From IMG/VR virus record IMGVR_UViG_3300028805_000046, positions 64,001-128,000 of that record: a stretch of 64,000 bases of DNA; one strand, given 5' to 3'. Positions 9,510-18,771 of this stretch are shown here, in pieces; within the stretch, counting starts at the first letter, position 1; each line of letters begins with the position of its first letter. A program made the position numbers and the translations under genes. The notes beneath the pieces were generated by a model. That model had not been told where the DNA came from, made no database searches, and saw only the letters and a program-made list of their open reading frames with translations. The stretch comes from a virus (taxonomy: Duplodnaviria; Caudoviricetes).

Positions 9510-9785
9510 ATGAAAAACTTAGAGATTACTTCCTGTAATATTTTGCCCATCGAGAACGGTAAGGGTGGCTGCGTTGCAGTTGCTTCTGTCATTCTCAACA
9601 ATGCAATCAAACTTACGGGATTGAAACTTATAGCGGCGAATGGCGAAAAATACATTTCTTACCCACGCAATTTCAGCAACAAGCACAAGAAATCTTTCTG
9701 CTATCCGATTACTGTTGAAGCAACAAATTATGTTCGAGATACTTTGTGGGAAAAGTATAACGAAGTAACCGCAGCGAATGACTAA
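9510..9785 (+). CDS. spoVG: SpoVG-like nucleic-acid-binding protein
   Basis: AVASVILNN.IKL.GLKLI...G.KYISYP...CYPIT pattern. Confidence 0.75.
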   Translation: MKNLEITSCNILPIENGKGGCVAVASVILNNAIKLTGLKLIAANGEKYISYPRNFSNKHKKSFCYPITVEATNYVRDTLWEKYNEVTAAND

Positions 9786-10089
9786 GAAAAGAAACATTCC
9801 ACATAACATACCACAGCTCCTTCCAAACAAAAAGAAGGAGCTGTTAAAGTTATGTAATAATCCTCAGGCAATTCAGCGCATTATTCAGATGAATAAGACA
9901 GCGCTCCAAGTCTTGGAAAAGAAAGAAACTGTTCGTTCGCTTACTGTTGCTGACTGGGCTGAACGTGCATTTCAGATTTTACCAATTGACTTGAACAAGC
10001 CAGAAAATCTTGAGAAACTAAAAAACTTATTTAATATGGAGTATACTGATGACGCACGTGATGAACGGAAAGACTGTAACAACGAATGA
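9778..10089 (+). CDS. Hypothetical protein
   Basis: ORF in operon-like overlap. Confidence 0.55.
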   Translation: MTKKRNIPHNIPQLLPNKKKELLKLCNNPQAIQRIIQMNKTALQVLEKKETVRSLTVADWAERAFQILPIDLNKPENLEKLKNLFNMEYTDDARDERKDCNNE

Positions 10090-10279
10090 ACTGATTAGTG
10101 AAGTTTTTGCATCTGTCATTGAAGATGTAGACAAGAACTTTGAAGATTATGCAAAGATTTACATCAAAGACTATGCCGATTTGAATGAAAGCGATTTTGA
10201 AGCGATTGGAAAGTGGAAACCGAAAATCGTTAGCAAACTGAATACAAGACTTAACAAGCGTGGTATGGCTAATGGTTGA
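10049..10279 (+). CDS. Hypothetical protein
   Basis: ORF with GGAG RBS. Confidence 0.55.
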   Translation: MTHVMNGKTVTTNELISEVFASVIEDVDKNFEDYAKIYIKDYADLNESDFEAIGKWKPKIVSKLNTRLNKRGMANG

Positions 10280-10580
10280 TTTCACGGTCGGAGCAGTATA
10301 TAAATCTAAAAAGGGTGTTGATTTTAAGATTACTGAAATTAAGAATGGACTTGCAACAATTCAGCACCTGAATTACAGAAGAAAAGCTAGAATTATAACT
10401 TGGTGTGGCGTTAAAGCGTTGACGTTTGACTTTGGTAGTGACATGATTTTAGCTGAACCGATTAAACCGTTTGATGATCTTAATGATGATCTTATGGTCC
10501 AAAGGCCAAGTATAAACATTAATAAGAGTGGAGAATCGTATGTCAGTTTGTACAAAAGACACTACAAAGAAAACACGTAA
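10272..10580 (+). CDS. Hypothetical protein
   Basis: ORF overlapping both neighbours. Confidence 0.55.
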   Translation: MVDFTVGAVYKSKKGVDFKITEIKNGLATIQHLNYRRKARIITWCGVKALTFDFGSDMILAEPIKPFDDLNDDLMVQRPSININKSGESYVSLYKRHYKENT

Positions 10581-11250
10581 AAAGAAAGTTGAAAAAGAAC
10601 AGCCGAAGCAGATTTCTGCAGATGGCGTTGAAGCACTTGTGAATGAAGACACTGAACAGGCAGTTGTTGCGGGCGTAGATCCGATGGCAATCCCTGACTA
10701 CTTTAATAACATTCGTAACAACTATTTCGTCGCTAACCGCATCATTTGGTTGACTACTGATATTGACTGGGAAAATGTAACGGGAGTGCTTCAGAAACTT
10801 GCATTTGCTGATGACAAGACAAAAGATCCTATCTGGTTGATTATTGGCTCTTGTGGCGGTTTGTGCGATGCTGGTATGGCGCTTGTAGATATGATTGAGA
10901 GCCTTAAACGCAAAGGAGTAATAGTCAATACCGTCTGTGCAGGTTCAGCCTCTTCTATGGCGGCCGTTATCCTTTCTTCAGGATCGCAAGGCCATCGCTA
11001 TGCTTACCCGTCTGCTCGTATTATGATTCATCAGGCACGTGTTCTTATGGCTGGTGGTTCATACGATGAAATGCAGAACGAAGCAAATGAACTTAAGTAC
11101 TGGACTGATGTTATCGCCAAGATGCTCGCAAAGAACTCTGGACAGAAGATCTCAGAAATTGCGAAGGCTATGGCTTATGATAACTATATGTCTGCAACCG
11201 AGGCTAAGAAATTTGGTCTCATTGACAAAGTAGAAGCAATTATTCCATAA
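10540..11250 (+). CDS. clpP: ClpP-family serine protease
   Basis: NRIIWL, GSASSMAA (Ser), RIMIHQ (His), DNYMSA.EAKKFGLIDKV. Confidence 0.9.
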   Translation: MSVCTKDTTKKTRKKKVEKEQPKQISADGVEALVNEDTEQAVVAGVDPMAIPDYFNNIRNNYFVANRIIWLTTDIDWENVTGVLQKLAFADDKTKDPIWLIIGSCGGLCDAGMALVDMIESLKRKGVIVNTVCAGSASSMAAVILSSGSQGHRYAYPSARIMIHQARVLMAGGSYDEMQNEANELKYWTDVIAKMLAKNSGQKISEIAKAMAYDNYMSATEAKKFGLIDKVEAIIP

Positions 11251-11251
11251 T

Positions 11252-11866
11252 ATGAAGAAAAACTTTGATACATTAAAGAATTCATTGTTTGGAAAAAATG
11301 ACCAGCCGAGTGAAGAACCGGCTGGTTCTTTTGACGAACAAGAAGAGAAACCCGTTAACATTTTGTGCAAAATGATTATGGATCTCTATAAAGAAGATCC
11401 TAAGAAGTATGCACAGATTGTTAATGAAGCAAATCAGTACACTGACTATCATGATGACTACCGTGTGTACTTTGACACTGACGAAAAGTTCCGTGAGTTG
11501 GTCAACATGAAGTACACTGACACACATCATTATTATTCTATCATCAGACGATACGAAAACATGATGAATAGATTTCTTGTGCTGTTTGACTTGGGCTGGG
11601 TGTTCCATGTTAACATGCCCGAACCAAAGGAAAGCGATCTTCCGTCGCCGATGTCTATTGATGATTGCATCAAGAAGTTGGACCAACAGAAGAACAATCC
11701 TTATTGCAGACAGTTCAGCAACTGGCTTATTGAACTCAAGACGTACCGTGAAATCATGCCGATTGCGTTGAAGCAAGCAAAGAAAAAGAAAAAGAAGAAA
11801 ACAAGCAATAAGAAAGAAATACTCGGTCCACCTCCTCCACCACCACTTGGAGACGCTGACATTTAG
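11252..11866 (+). CDS. Hypothetical protein
   Basis: ORF with poly-Lys/poly-Pro C-terminus. Confidence 0.6.
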   Translation: MKKNFDTLKNSLFGKNDQPSEEPAGSFDEQEEKPVNILCKMIMDLYKEDPKKYAQIVNEANQYTDYHDDYRVYFDTDEKFRELVNMKYTDTHHYYSIIRRYENMMNRFLVLFDLGWVFHVNMPEPKESDLPSPMSIDDCIKKLDQQKNNPYCRQFSNWLIELKTYREIMPIALKQAKKKKKKKTSNKKEILGPPPPPPLGDADI

Positions 11867-11893
11867 CCGGTATAAATAACTTAGAGGAAAAAC

Positions 11894-12640
11894 ATGGGAA
11901 GCTTTAGAGATTTCGCTAACGAAAATGAAAGATTAAGTAAACTTGTGCGTCATGCTCCACCAGCACCACGCATTGAACAGGAAAAACCACAAATGATTCA
12001 AAAACCACAGATAACTAGACGAGTTTCTGTTCCTAGACGCCAGCCGCCTAGAGAACGCAATGTTCTTGCAGAATCTGAAAATATGATTTCTGTTCTGCAG
12101 GAAAAGATCGAGCAGGTATTCTATCAGTTCGGTCTTGCTGGACTTCAAAGAATTGATGGAGCAATCATTGACTGCGTTAATGAAATGCTTGACCCAGAAA
12201 CTGCTCCGGTAAGAGGACCGAGCCGCGCTGCTGTCAATCAGACAGTTCGTCAAGCTGGTGGTCGTCCGCAGCCTGCTGCTCCTGCACGTAAGAAGCCGAT
12301 GACTGCGATTGAAATTGCAGCAGCTGCTCTTCGTGATTTGCCGCCAATGCATGAAATAGATTCAGCGCCTGCTAAGCCAGCAGAACAAGCACCTGCAGCT
12401 CCAGCTGCTCCTACTTCTCCTCCTCGCCCAGCTGCACACGTTCCGCCTCCACCTCCTCCACCAGAGCCGGCAGAATACGATCCGATGGCAGCTTTGGCTA
12501 ATGAAAAGCTAAGTCCAGAAGAAATGGCACTTTTACAGAAGGAACTTGCAGCAGCTGGCGAAGACGCTAACGCCGGATTCGTTCCAGCACAGCGAAACAC
12601 GGACGCAATGGCTCTTGCCGCGGCAGCACTTCAAAGATAA
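11894..12640 (+). CDS. Pro/Ala-rich late protein (possible internal head protein)
   Basis: TATAAATA at 11871; N-terminus MGSFRDFANE resembles the T4 capsid-targeting sequence. Confidence 0.55.
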   Translation: MGSFRDFANENERLSKLVRHAPPAPRIEQEKPQMIQKPQITRRVSVPRRQPPRERNVLAESENMISVLQEKIEQVFYQFGLAGLQRIDGAIIDCVNEMLDPETAPVRGPSRAAVNQTVRQAGGRPQPAAPARKKPMTAIEIAAAALRDLPPMHEIDSAPAKPAEQAPAAPAAPTSPPRPAAHVPPPPPPPEPAEYDPMAALANEKLSPEEMALLQKELAAAGEDANAGFVPAQRNTDAMALAAAALQR

Positions 12641-12643
12641 TCT

Positions 12644-12925
12644 ATGAAGAAAAATAATACCCCGAAGAAAACTGCTGCCTTCAACCCGAAAGAGTTGAAG
12701 GACATGGTTCCGGTGAATGGAAAAGTTCTTGAGGCTTTTCCAAATGCCATGTTTGACGTAGAACTTGAAAACGGTGTTGTTCTCAAACGCTGCCAAGTAT
12801 GTGGCAAGATGAGATTGAAAAACATTAGAGTTCTTCCTGACGATAAAGTAATCGTTGGAGTCAACATTTACGATAATACGAAAGGAAGAATCGTTTACAG
12901 ATTCAAAAAGGAAGATGGGAAATGA
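12644..12925 (+). CDS. infA: Translation initiation factor IF-1
   Basis: GKVLEAFPNAMFDVELENG...GKMR...IRVLPDDKV...YD.TKGRIVYRFK. Confidence 0.92.
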   Translation: MKKNNTPKKTAAFNPKELKDMVPVNGKVLEAFPNAMFDVELENGVVLKRCQVCGKMRLKNIRVLPDDKVIVGVNIYDNTKGRIVYRFKKEDGK

Positions 12926-13143
12926 ATATCATTCCGGATTATACACCAGATCATAAGTACGGTTACTGGGAGATAAAGAACAAGCACCCAGAATGGGCAG
13001 AACTACTTGACCAGCAGAATGCCTGGGCTGAGTATGAAGCAAAACCAAACTTTGCTGGCAATCCGAATGAAGTCACTAAACTTATTCCTCAGTCAGTTAG
13101 AAACGGTCAAGAAGACGACCGTATAGACGCTTGGATTCTCTAG
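12922..13143 (+). CDS. Hypothetical protein
   Basis: ATGA overlap with infA; followed by a terminator-like hairpin. Confidence 0.6.
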   Translation: MNIIPDYTPDHKYGYWEIKNKHPEWAELLDQQNAWAEYEAKPNFAGNPNEVTKLIPQSVRNGQEDDRIDAWIL

Positions 13144-13174
13144 GCGTCTTTTCTTCCCTCCGAATAAATACAAT

Positions 13175-13732
13175 ATGGAAGCAGAAGAAGTAGTACAGAC
13201 TTTGTGGCAGCGCATGGAAGAATGCCTTGATGACGAGAATAGCATTAGCTGTTGTCGTCGTCTTTCACGTAATGCACAGATGCTTTCTGCTTATATGGAA
13301 TCGTTTGGCATTATAAGTGAGGCAAACGCTGCTCTTTATTCATTACAGACAGCAAACAAGAAACTTGGCCTTGAAACTCACGATAGACGAATTGATAATG
13401 CACTTGTATTCGTATTCTTAAAAATGCTTTCAACATTGCCGACAAGAACGAAAGCATATCGTCTCGGAATCATTGATAAAGATGGACGATTGATTAGACA
13501 GCCAAAGACAGCCGAGGAACATGACTCGATTTCTAACCTTGACTTGCTGATGTTCAAGATTAGAAAATGGCTTGCTTCAAGAATACAGTACTTGTCGTCT
13601 ATTTCATGGCTTAGAGGCACAAGCAATTCAGTAAGATTGCAGAATTACCTTTCTAACGCTGAAACACTGTCAAGACAGTATCAAGTTCAGCGACTTAATG
13701 CAGATTTAGAACGACTTTTACAGCAAGGATAG
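13175..13732 (+). CDS. Hypothetical protein of T4-like phages (probably leaderless late gene)
   Basis: KAYRLGIIDKDG motif; AATAAATA ends 4 nt before ATG. Confidence 0.65.
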   Translation: MEAEEVVQTLWQRMEECLDDENSISCCRRLSRNAQMLSAYMESFGIISEANAALYSLQTANKKLGLETHDRRIDNALVFVFLKMLSTLPTRTKAYRLGIIDKDGRLIRQPKTAEEHDSISNLDLLMFKIRKWLASRIQYLSSISWLRGTSNSVRLQNYLSNAETLSRQYQVQRLNADLERLLQQG

Positions 13733-13735
13733 CTT

Positions 13736-13969
13736 ATGTCCGAATATTGTCCAGAATGCGAAGCACAGCGACTAGCCTATGGATTTTCATTGAAGATTGG
13801 TGGAAAGTACATGACGAAAGTACCAGAAGTAAAACAGTGCTGTGCTGTTGAAGTTGAGGTCACCGCTATTGATTCTTTGAAAGTGACATTTAAGTACAAA
13901 GACAAAACATTCTCAAAACCAAAGAATGAGTTTTTGAGAACATCGTGGAGAAAATATGATTCCTTCTAA
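13736..13969 (+). CDS. Hypothetical protein
   Basis: ORF with an N-terminal CxxC. Confidence 0.55.
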   Translation: MSEYCPECEAQRLAYGFSLKIGGKYMTKVPEVKQCCAVEVEVTAIDSLKVTFKYKDKTFSKPKNEFLRTSWRKYDSF

Positions 13970-14159
13970 TGAAATTTTGACAGCAGATGATCTTAACCTT
14001 GTTGAAGATTTCGGAATTGGAGTCGGCGGATTGACTGGCGCTGACCAAGGCATTCCGCACGGTGGCGACTGTAAAGCTGTAGTCGCATTTAGAATGGACG
14101 GCGGAAGACCAAAACGCAGATTTTTCATTCGTAAAAAGAAACGTAAAAAGGCTAACTAA
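13956..14159 (+). CDS. Hypothetical protein with basic C-terminus
   Basis: ORF with GGAG RBS. Confidence 0.55.
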   Translation: MIPSNEILTADDLNLVEDFGIGVGGLTGADQGIPHGGDCKAVVAFRMDGGRPKRRFFIRKKKRKKAN

Positions 14160-14638
14160 TGAAAGACTTTGAGAAAGTAGAGCTTGTACAAGATGGGTAT
14201 TTCTATACATTCGGATATACTGCGTTAAGAGACGACCCAATGTATGACAAGACTCCTTTCATTCTTTGTCTTGGACCAGCCAAACACCCAAATTGCTTTG
14301 TGGGTATCAATTTCCATAGAGTGCCTTTAGCAGAACGAATTAAGTTTCTGCTTTTCCTTGACCAGCATTTCAATATGAAAACTGGTGATGATAGAATAGT
14401 AGATTTTATCACGATGGACGGTTTGAAGTATTCATTCCCCGAGATAAGATCGGCAATACGAGTTTATAATAGAAAACAAGTTCAACAGATTTACCGCGTT
14501 CCTGGACGTGATGTAGGTAAATACATAGAATATAATGGCGATTTCATGATGAAGGAACCTTCCGACATTATGAACCAGTATTGGCGAGATTATGCAGGCA
14601 ATGTAAATTCTAACCGTGAGGAAGTTCGTGAATTATAA
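14159..14638 (+). CDS. DNA end-protector protein (T4 gp2-like)
   Basis: YTFGY...YDKTPFIL...FVGINFH..P...R..F pattern of the gp2 C-terminal domain. Confidence 0.7.
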   Translation: MKDFEKVELVQDGYFYTFGYTALRDDPMYDKTPFILCLGPAKHPNCFVGINFHRVPLAERIKFLLFLDQHFNMKTGDDRIVDFITMDGLKYSFPEIRSAIRVYNRKQVQQIYRVPGRDVGKYIEYNGDFMMKEPSDIMNQYWRDYAGNVNSNREEVREL

Positions 14639-14903
14639 TCTTATCTATCATAAAATAATGACAAGAGGGAAAACTAGAGACATTTACATTAACTTCACAG
14701 AAAATCATCATATCATTCCAAGATCTGAAGGCGGAACTAACAAGAAAGACAATAAAGTTGACCTGACGATGAAGGAACATCACCTATCGCATTTATGCCT
14801 TATTAAGATGGGACTTTGCTTACGGTACTGTTTTAGACACTTGACTTGCCGAGAATACATCCGAATGAAGATGGCCGAGAAGGAAAAGAAACATCTGTTA
14901 TAA
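14628..14903 (+). CDS. Minimal MobE-like HNH endonuclease
   Basis: NY..IY, ENHHIIPRSEGGTN..DNKVDLT.KEH.LSH; GAGGA RBS before GTG 14628. Confidence 0.7.
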   Translation: MNYNLIYHKIMTRGKTRDIYINFTENHHIIPRSEGGTNKKDNKVDLTMKEHHLSHLCLIKMGLCLRYCFRHLTCREYIRMKMAEKEKKHLL

Positions 14904-14924
14904 ATACTGAAAGGAGAATTTACC

Positions 14925-15251
14925 ATGAAGAAGAATTTGAACGAAGCACTTGACTTCCTTAAAGAAAACGGTTGCCAGGTAATGTTGAACGAAACCACTG
15001 CAATGACTGCACCAGAATATGTTCTTGGCCGTAGCATGGTTGATGCACTTGAAGAGTACATTGAAGATGTTAAGTCCGAAGCAGAACCTGATGATGAATT
15101 TGTTGCCGATGAAATCATTAAAGCCGCAGAAGAAATTCTTGATAATGAAGATCTTATGAGCAAAGGAATGAATGCATTCTTGGACGCTACAGGATTCTGG
15201 GAAAAATATAATAAGGCTTGGGACGACTATCACAGCAGACAGCATGAATAA
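14925..15251 (+). CDS. Small acidic late protein, LNEA-leader family
   Basis: TATAAATA and AAGGAG upstream; N-terminus NLNEALDFLKENGCQVMLNE. Confidence 0.7.
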   Translation: MKKNLNEALDFLKENGCQVMLNETTAMTAPEYVLGRSMVDALEEYIEDVKSEAEPDDEFVADEIIKAAEEILDNEDLMSKGMNAFLDATGFWEKYNKAWDDYHSRQHE

Positions 15252-15339
15252 TAAATTTTAACTTACAGAAAGAATTATTGAGTTGGGGGTTGCCAAAGCC
15301 TCCAACTTTTATTATTTTTACAAAAACTGGAAAAAACTT

Positions 15340-16185
15340 ATGGAAATCACACTTGCTAAAATCAAAAAATTCCTTGCTAATGAAGATCTTCCAGATCCAC
15401 TTGTTGTAAAGTGGAAGTCAGTGACGGATAAAAATTCCGATCCATTCAACAATAGGATAGTCGTTCCGCTTATAAGATTTAAAGATGACTTCATCGCTGC
15501 TGAATTTACAAGTCGTTCACTTGATTTTGATGTGCAGAACTTTAAAATCTCTTGCTTCAAAAAGCACAATGATTTGCATTTCAATGATGAATGGGTTGTG
15601 AGGATCTACATCTGCAATGAGCATTATGACTGGATTGGAAATCCAAACATTCAGAGAGCATATAACATTGCTACTAATTGGGATGGGACTCTTGAGGCGC
15701 TTAAGGATGTAGCACTTGACTATCTGAAGCACTGTGCACAACAAGATAATGCAAAACACATTTATGAAATAAGAGCTGCTGCTGTTCAGTCTAGAGATGA
15801 AGAAATTGAAGAAATGTTCAAGAAGCATTATCTCAAGCCTGAAATTCATTTTAAGAAAGGCAACTTTTCTGAAAAATATCCGTTTAAGCACAGAATCTTT
15901 TTGAAGAATTACAAGACGCATCAATTTCTTGTTGAACAGAAACAAGACTTAACGAGCTTTAAGCTTTATTTCTTTGACGATACTCTTCCAGTTTCAAAGA
16001 CAGTTTCGTTGAATAAATATTATGTTCCATCTGGTCTGATTGGCGAATATTCAACCTTTGAGAAAGTTCTTGAGGTGATTGACGTTTATCTGACTTACAT
16101 AGAACAAAGAATAAAGTCTACCAATGATTTGCAAGTGTGGGTTAGGTCCCACGAAGACAAAGCAGTTAAAAAGGAAAGTAAATGA
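15340..16185 (+). CDS. Hypothetical protein
   Basis: Long ORF after TTGCCA...TATTTT promoter-like sequence. Confidence 0.65.
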   Translation: MEITLAKIKKFLANEDLPDPLVVKWKSVTDKNSDPFNNRIVVPLIRFKDDFIAAEFTSRSLDFDVQNFKISCFKKHNDLHFNDEWVVRIYICNEHYDWIGNPNIQRAYNIATNWDGTLEALKDVALDYLKHCAQQDNAKHIYEIRAAAVQSRDEEIEEMFKKHYLKPEIHFKKGNFSEKYPFKHRIFLKNYKTHQFLVEQKQDLTSFKLYFFDDTLPVSKTVSLNKYYVPSGLIGEYSTFEKVLEVIDVYLTYIEQRIKSTNDLQVWVRSHEDKAVKKESK

Positions 16186-18107
16186 TTAAGAATTATGACG
16201 CAAATTCAATTAATGTCTTAAGCGGATTAAGCGCTATAAGAAAAAGACCGGATATGTACATTGGCCCGACCTCAGGCAAACTGCCTGACGGCCTTTATCG
16301 TCTTTGTAGAGAAGCAATGGACAACTCAATGGACGAATGGCTTGGCGGGTTTAATAAGCAGCTTTATGTCTTCTATAACACAAAGACATCTGAAACAACA
16401 GTTCTTGATAACGGCCGAGGCATTCCAGTAGGTTGGAATGAAAAGCTTGGTGCTGACGCATTGACTACTTGCGTGACTAAAATTCATGCTGGTGGTAAGT
16501 TTAATCATGATGTCTATAAGACTAGCTCTGGTAAGAATGGCGTTGGTATAACCGCTCTTAATGCATTGTCAAAGAGACTTCAGGTCTGGTCTAACAATGC
16601 GTCTAACAAGAAATGGCACACACAGATTTTTGAAAAGGGTGAAGTAAAGTCCGAAGTTCTTCAACAAGATCCGCCTGTTGAATATAAGAAGCTCATTCCA
16701 GCTACTGGAACTATCGTTACTTGGACTCCTGACCCGACTATCTTTAAGGATTCGACTGAATTGAACGTCGCTCGCTTGAAGCATGAAATTCACGATGCTC
16801 AGTACTTGTGCCCGGGTCTTCATTTTCACATTGTCATTGACGGCGAAGAAACAGAGTACTTCTCTGAAGATGGTCTTGCTGAACTTGTCGCAAAGGATCC
16901 TTGCACTGACCAGATCTTTACATTCTCCGATGACACAACTGATGTCGCTTTGAATTTCACAAAGGGCGATACATCTAGCTTCCGTTCATACGTCAACATC
17001 GTCTATACCAATCTTGGCGGTACTCACCTTGATGGCTTGAAGAAAGCAGTATGCGACGTCATTAAGGAAAATTCAAAACAGAAGATCTTGAATGAAGATA
17101 TTCTTGAAGGCGTTATCGGAGCAATTCATCATAGAATGGCAGAACCTGAATACCAAGGACAGACCAAGAATGAATTGACGAATAAGGAAGTGACTGGCAT
17201 TGTAGTCAATAAGTTAACTCCGAAACTCGAAGAATTCTTTAAGAAGAATAAGGTTCTTTTGAGACGCATCGTTGAGTTCGCTGAAAAGATGCTTGAACAG
17301 CGAAACAAGATGAAGAATGAAAAGGACATGCTTAAGGGATTGAAGGAACTCAATTCTTCTAGCCGTTTCATTTCAGATAAGTTCTTGGACGCTGACCGAA
17401 GAAAATGGAAGAACCCGAAGGATCTTGAATTGTTTATCGTTGAAGGTGATTCCGCAGGTGGTCACTTTAAGCAAGCACGAGAATCTTTCCAGGGCGAGTT
17501 GAAATTGAGAGGTAAGCCAATCAATGCGACTACGAAGAAACCTGAAGACTTGTTTGGCAAGACAGGCAAGGTAACGAAGATCGTTGATAAGAAAGGCAAG
17601 AAGGTTGGCGAAAAGAAGGAAAAGGAAGGCAACAGAGAAATTAAGGATCTTGTTGCTGCACTTGGTTGCGGATTGAATAGCGACTATAATGAAGACAAGC
17701 TTCGTTTTGGAAAGGTCATTATTCTTGCTGACTCCGACGTTGACGGACAGCACATTCAATGCCTTGTCTTGGCATTCTTTGTCAAGTACATGCCTGAACT
17801 TATTAAGAACGGACACGTCTATATCATTGATGCACCGTTGTTTGTCGCAACTGGCGCTAAACAGAAAGTATACGGAATGACCCGTGCAGAAGTGGACAAC
17901 AAGATGAAGAAGCTGAAGTGCAGTGACTACATTGTCTCTAGACTTAAGGGTTGGGGTGAATGTAACGCTAACTTGCTTTCTGAACTTTGTCTTGACCCGA
18001 AATCAAGAAAACTTATTCAAATCAAATGGACATCAGATCTTCCTGACCGTTGTGAACAGTTGATGGGATCTGATTCTGGACCACGTAAAGAACTATTAGG
18101 AGTATAA
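16182..18107 (+). CDS. gyrB: Type IIA topoisomerase ATPase/TOPRIM subunit (GyrB/ParE-like)
   Basis: IRKRPDMYIG, EAMDNSMDE, DNGRGIP, HAGGKF, EGDSA, LRGK, DSDVDG, RLKGWGE. Confidence 0.95.
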   Translation: MIKNYDANSINVLSGLSAIRKRPDMYIGPTSGKLPDGLYRLCREAMDNSMDEWLGGFNKQLYVFYNTKTSETTVLDNGRGIPVGWNEKLGADALTTCVTKIHAGGKFNHDVYKTSSGKNGVGITALNALSKRLQVWSNNASNKKWHTQIFEKGEVKSEVLQQDPPVEYKKLIPATGTIVTWTPDPTIFKDSTELNVARLKHEIHDAQYLCPGLHFHIVIDGEETEYFSEDGLAELVAKDPCTDQIFTFSDDTTDVALNFTKGDTSSFRSYVNIVYTNLGGTHLDGLKKAVCDVIKENSKQKILNEDILEGVIGAIHHRMAEPEYQGQTKNELTNKEVTGIVVNKLTPKLEEFFKKNKVLLRRIVEFAEKMLEQRNKMKNEKDMLKGLKELNSSSRFISDKFLDADRRKWKNPKDLELFIVEGDSAGGHFKQARESFQGELKLRGKPINATTKKPEDLFGKTGKVTKIVDKKGKKVGEKKEKEGNREIKDLVAALGCGLNSDYNEDKLRFGKVIILADSDVDGQHIQCLVLAFFVKYMPELIKNGHVYIIDAPLFVATGAKQKVYGMTRAEVDNKMKKLKCSDYIVSRLKGWGECNANLLSELCLDPKSRKLIQIKWTSDLPDRCEQLMGSDSGPRKELLGV

Positions 18108-18109
18108 AA

Positions 18110-18319
18110 ATGGGATTCTTTAGAAACTTATACAATGAACTTAAAGACAACTGTGATGATTGTCTTGATACATTGAAAGATAGCTTTGATGACCTCAAAG
18201 ACCTTTGTGAGGATGTAAAAGAGGACATCAAAGATATGAAAGATGATCTCAAAGAATTTTGCGAAGACGCAAAAGAGGACATCGTTTACATCATTAAAGA
18301 TTTTAAGGATGGTTTGTGA
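18110..18319 (+). CDS. Small acidic repeat protein
   Basis: AGGAG RBS; DDLK..CED.KEDI repeated with a 54-nt period. Confidence 0.65.
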   Translation: MGFFRNLYNELKDNCDDCLDTLKDSFDDLKDLCEDVKEDIKDMKDDLKEFCEDAKEDIVYIIKDFKDGL

Positions 18320-18771
18320 TGGACATCAGTAGCCAAAATGGCTGGCCTTCTTGTGCTCTCAGCAATTTTGCTGCACATGAGTTCGTCATTGACGGAGTTC
18401 AGTGCGCATCAATGGAAGGATTTCTTCAAAGTCTGAAATTTTCAAATCCAGACATGCAGAAGGAAGTCTGTAAGTTGATTGGCATTAAAGCTAAGAGAGC
18501 AGGCAAAGGCAAAAACTGGCAAAGACGCCAACTGCTTTACTGGCAGGGCGAAGCGATGGAAAGGCGCAGCGTCAAGTATCAGAAACTACTTGACCGTGCT
18601 TATGACGCATTGTACGAAAACCAGAAATTTAAGGCAGCTCTTGCAGCCGCCGGAGACGCAACATTTACACATAGTGTCGGTAAGAGAAAAGAAGGCGAGA
18701 CAGTCTTGACAATTCAAGAATTCTGTTCCCGTCTCAACCGACTTCGTGAAAGATTGAAAAACGAGGCATAA
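18316..18771 (+). CDS. NADAR-like protein (T4 gp30.3-like)
   Basis: ALSNFA.H.F.IDG..CASMEGFLQSLK...LYWQG. Confidence 0.7.
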   Translation: MMDISSQNGWPSCALSNFAAHEFVIDGVQCASMEGFLQSLKFSNPDMQKEVCKLIGIKAKRAGKGKNWQRRQLLYWQGEAMERRSVKYQKLLDRAYDALYENQKFKAALAAAGDATFTHSVGKRKEGETVLTIQEFCSRLNRLRERLKNEA

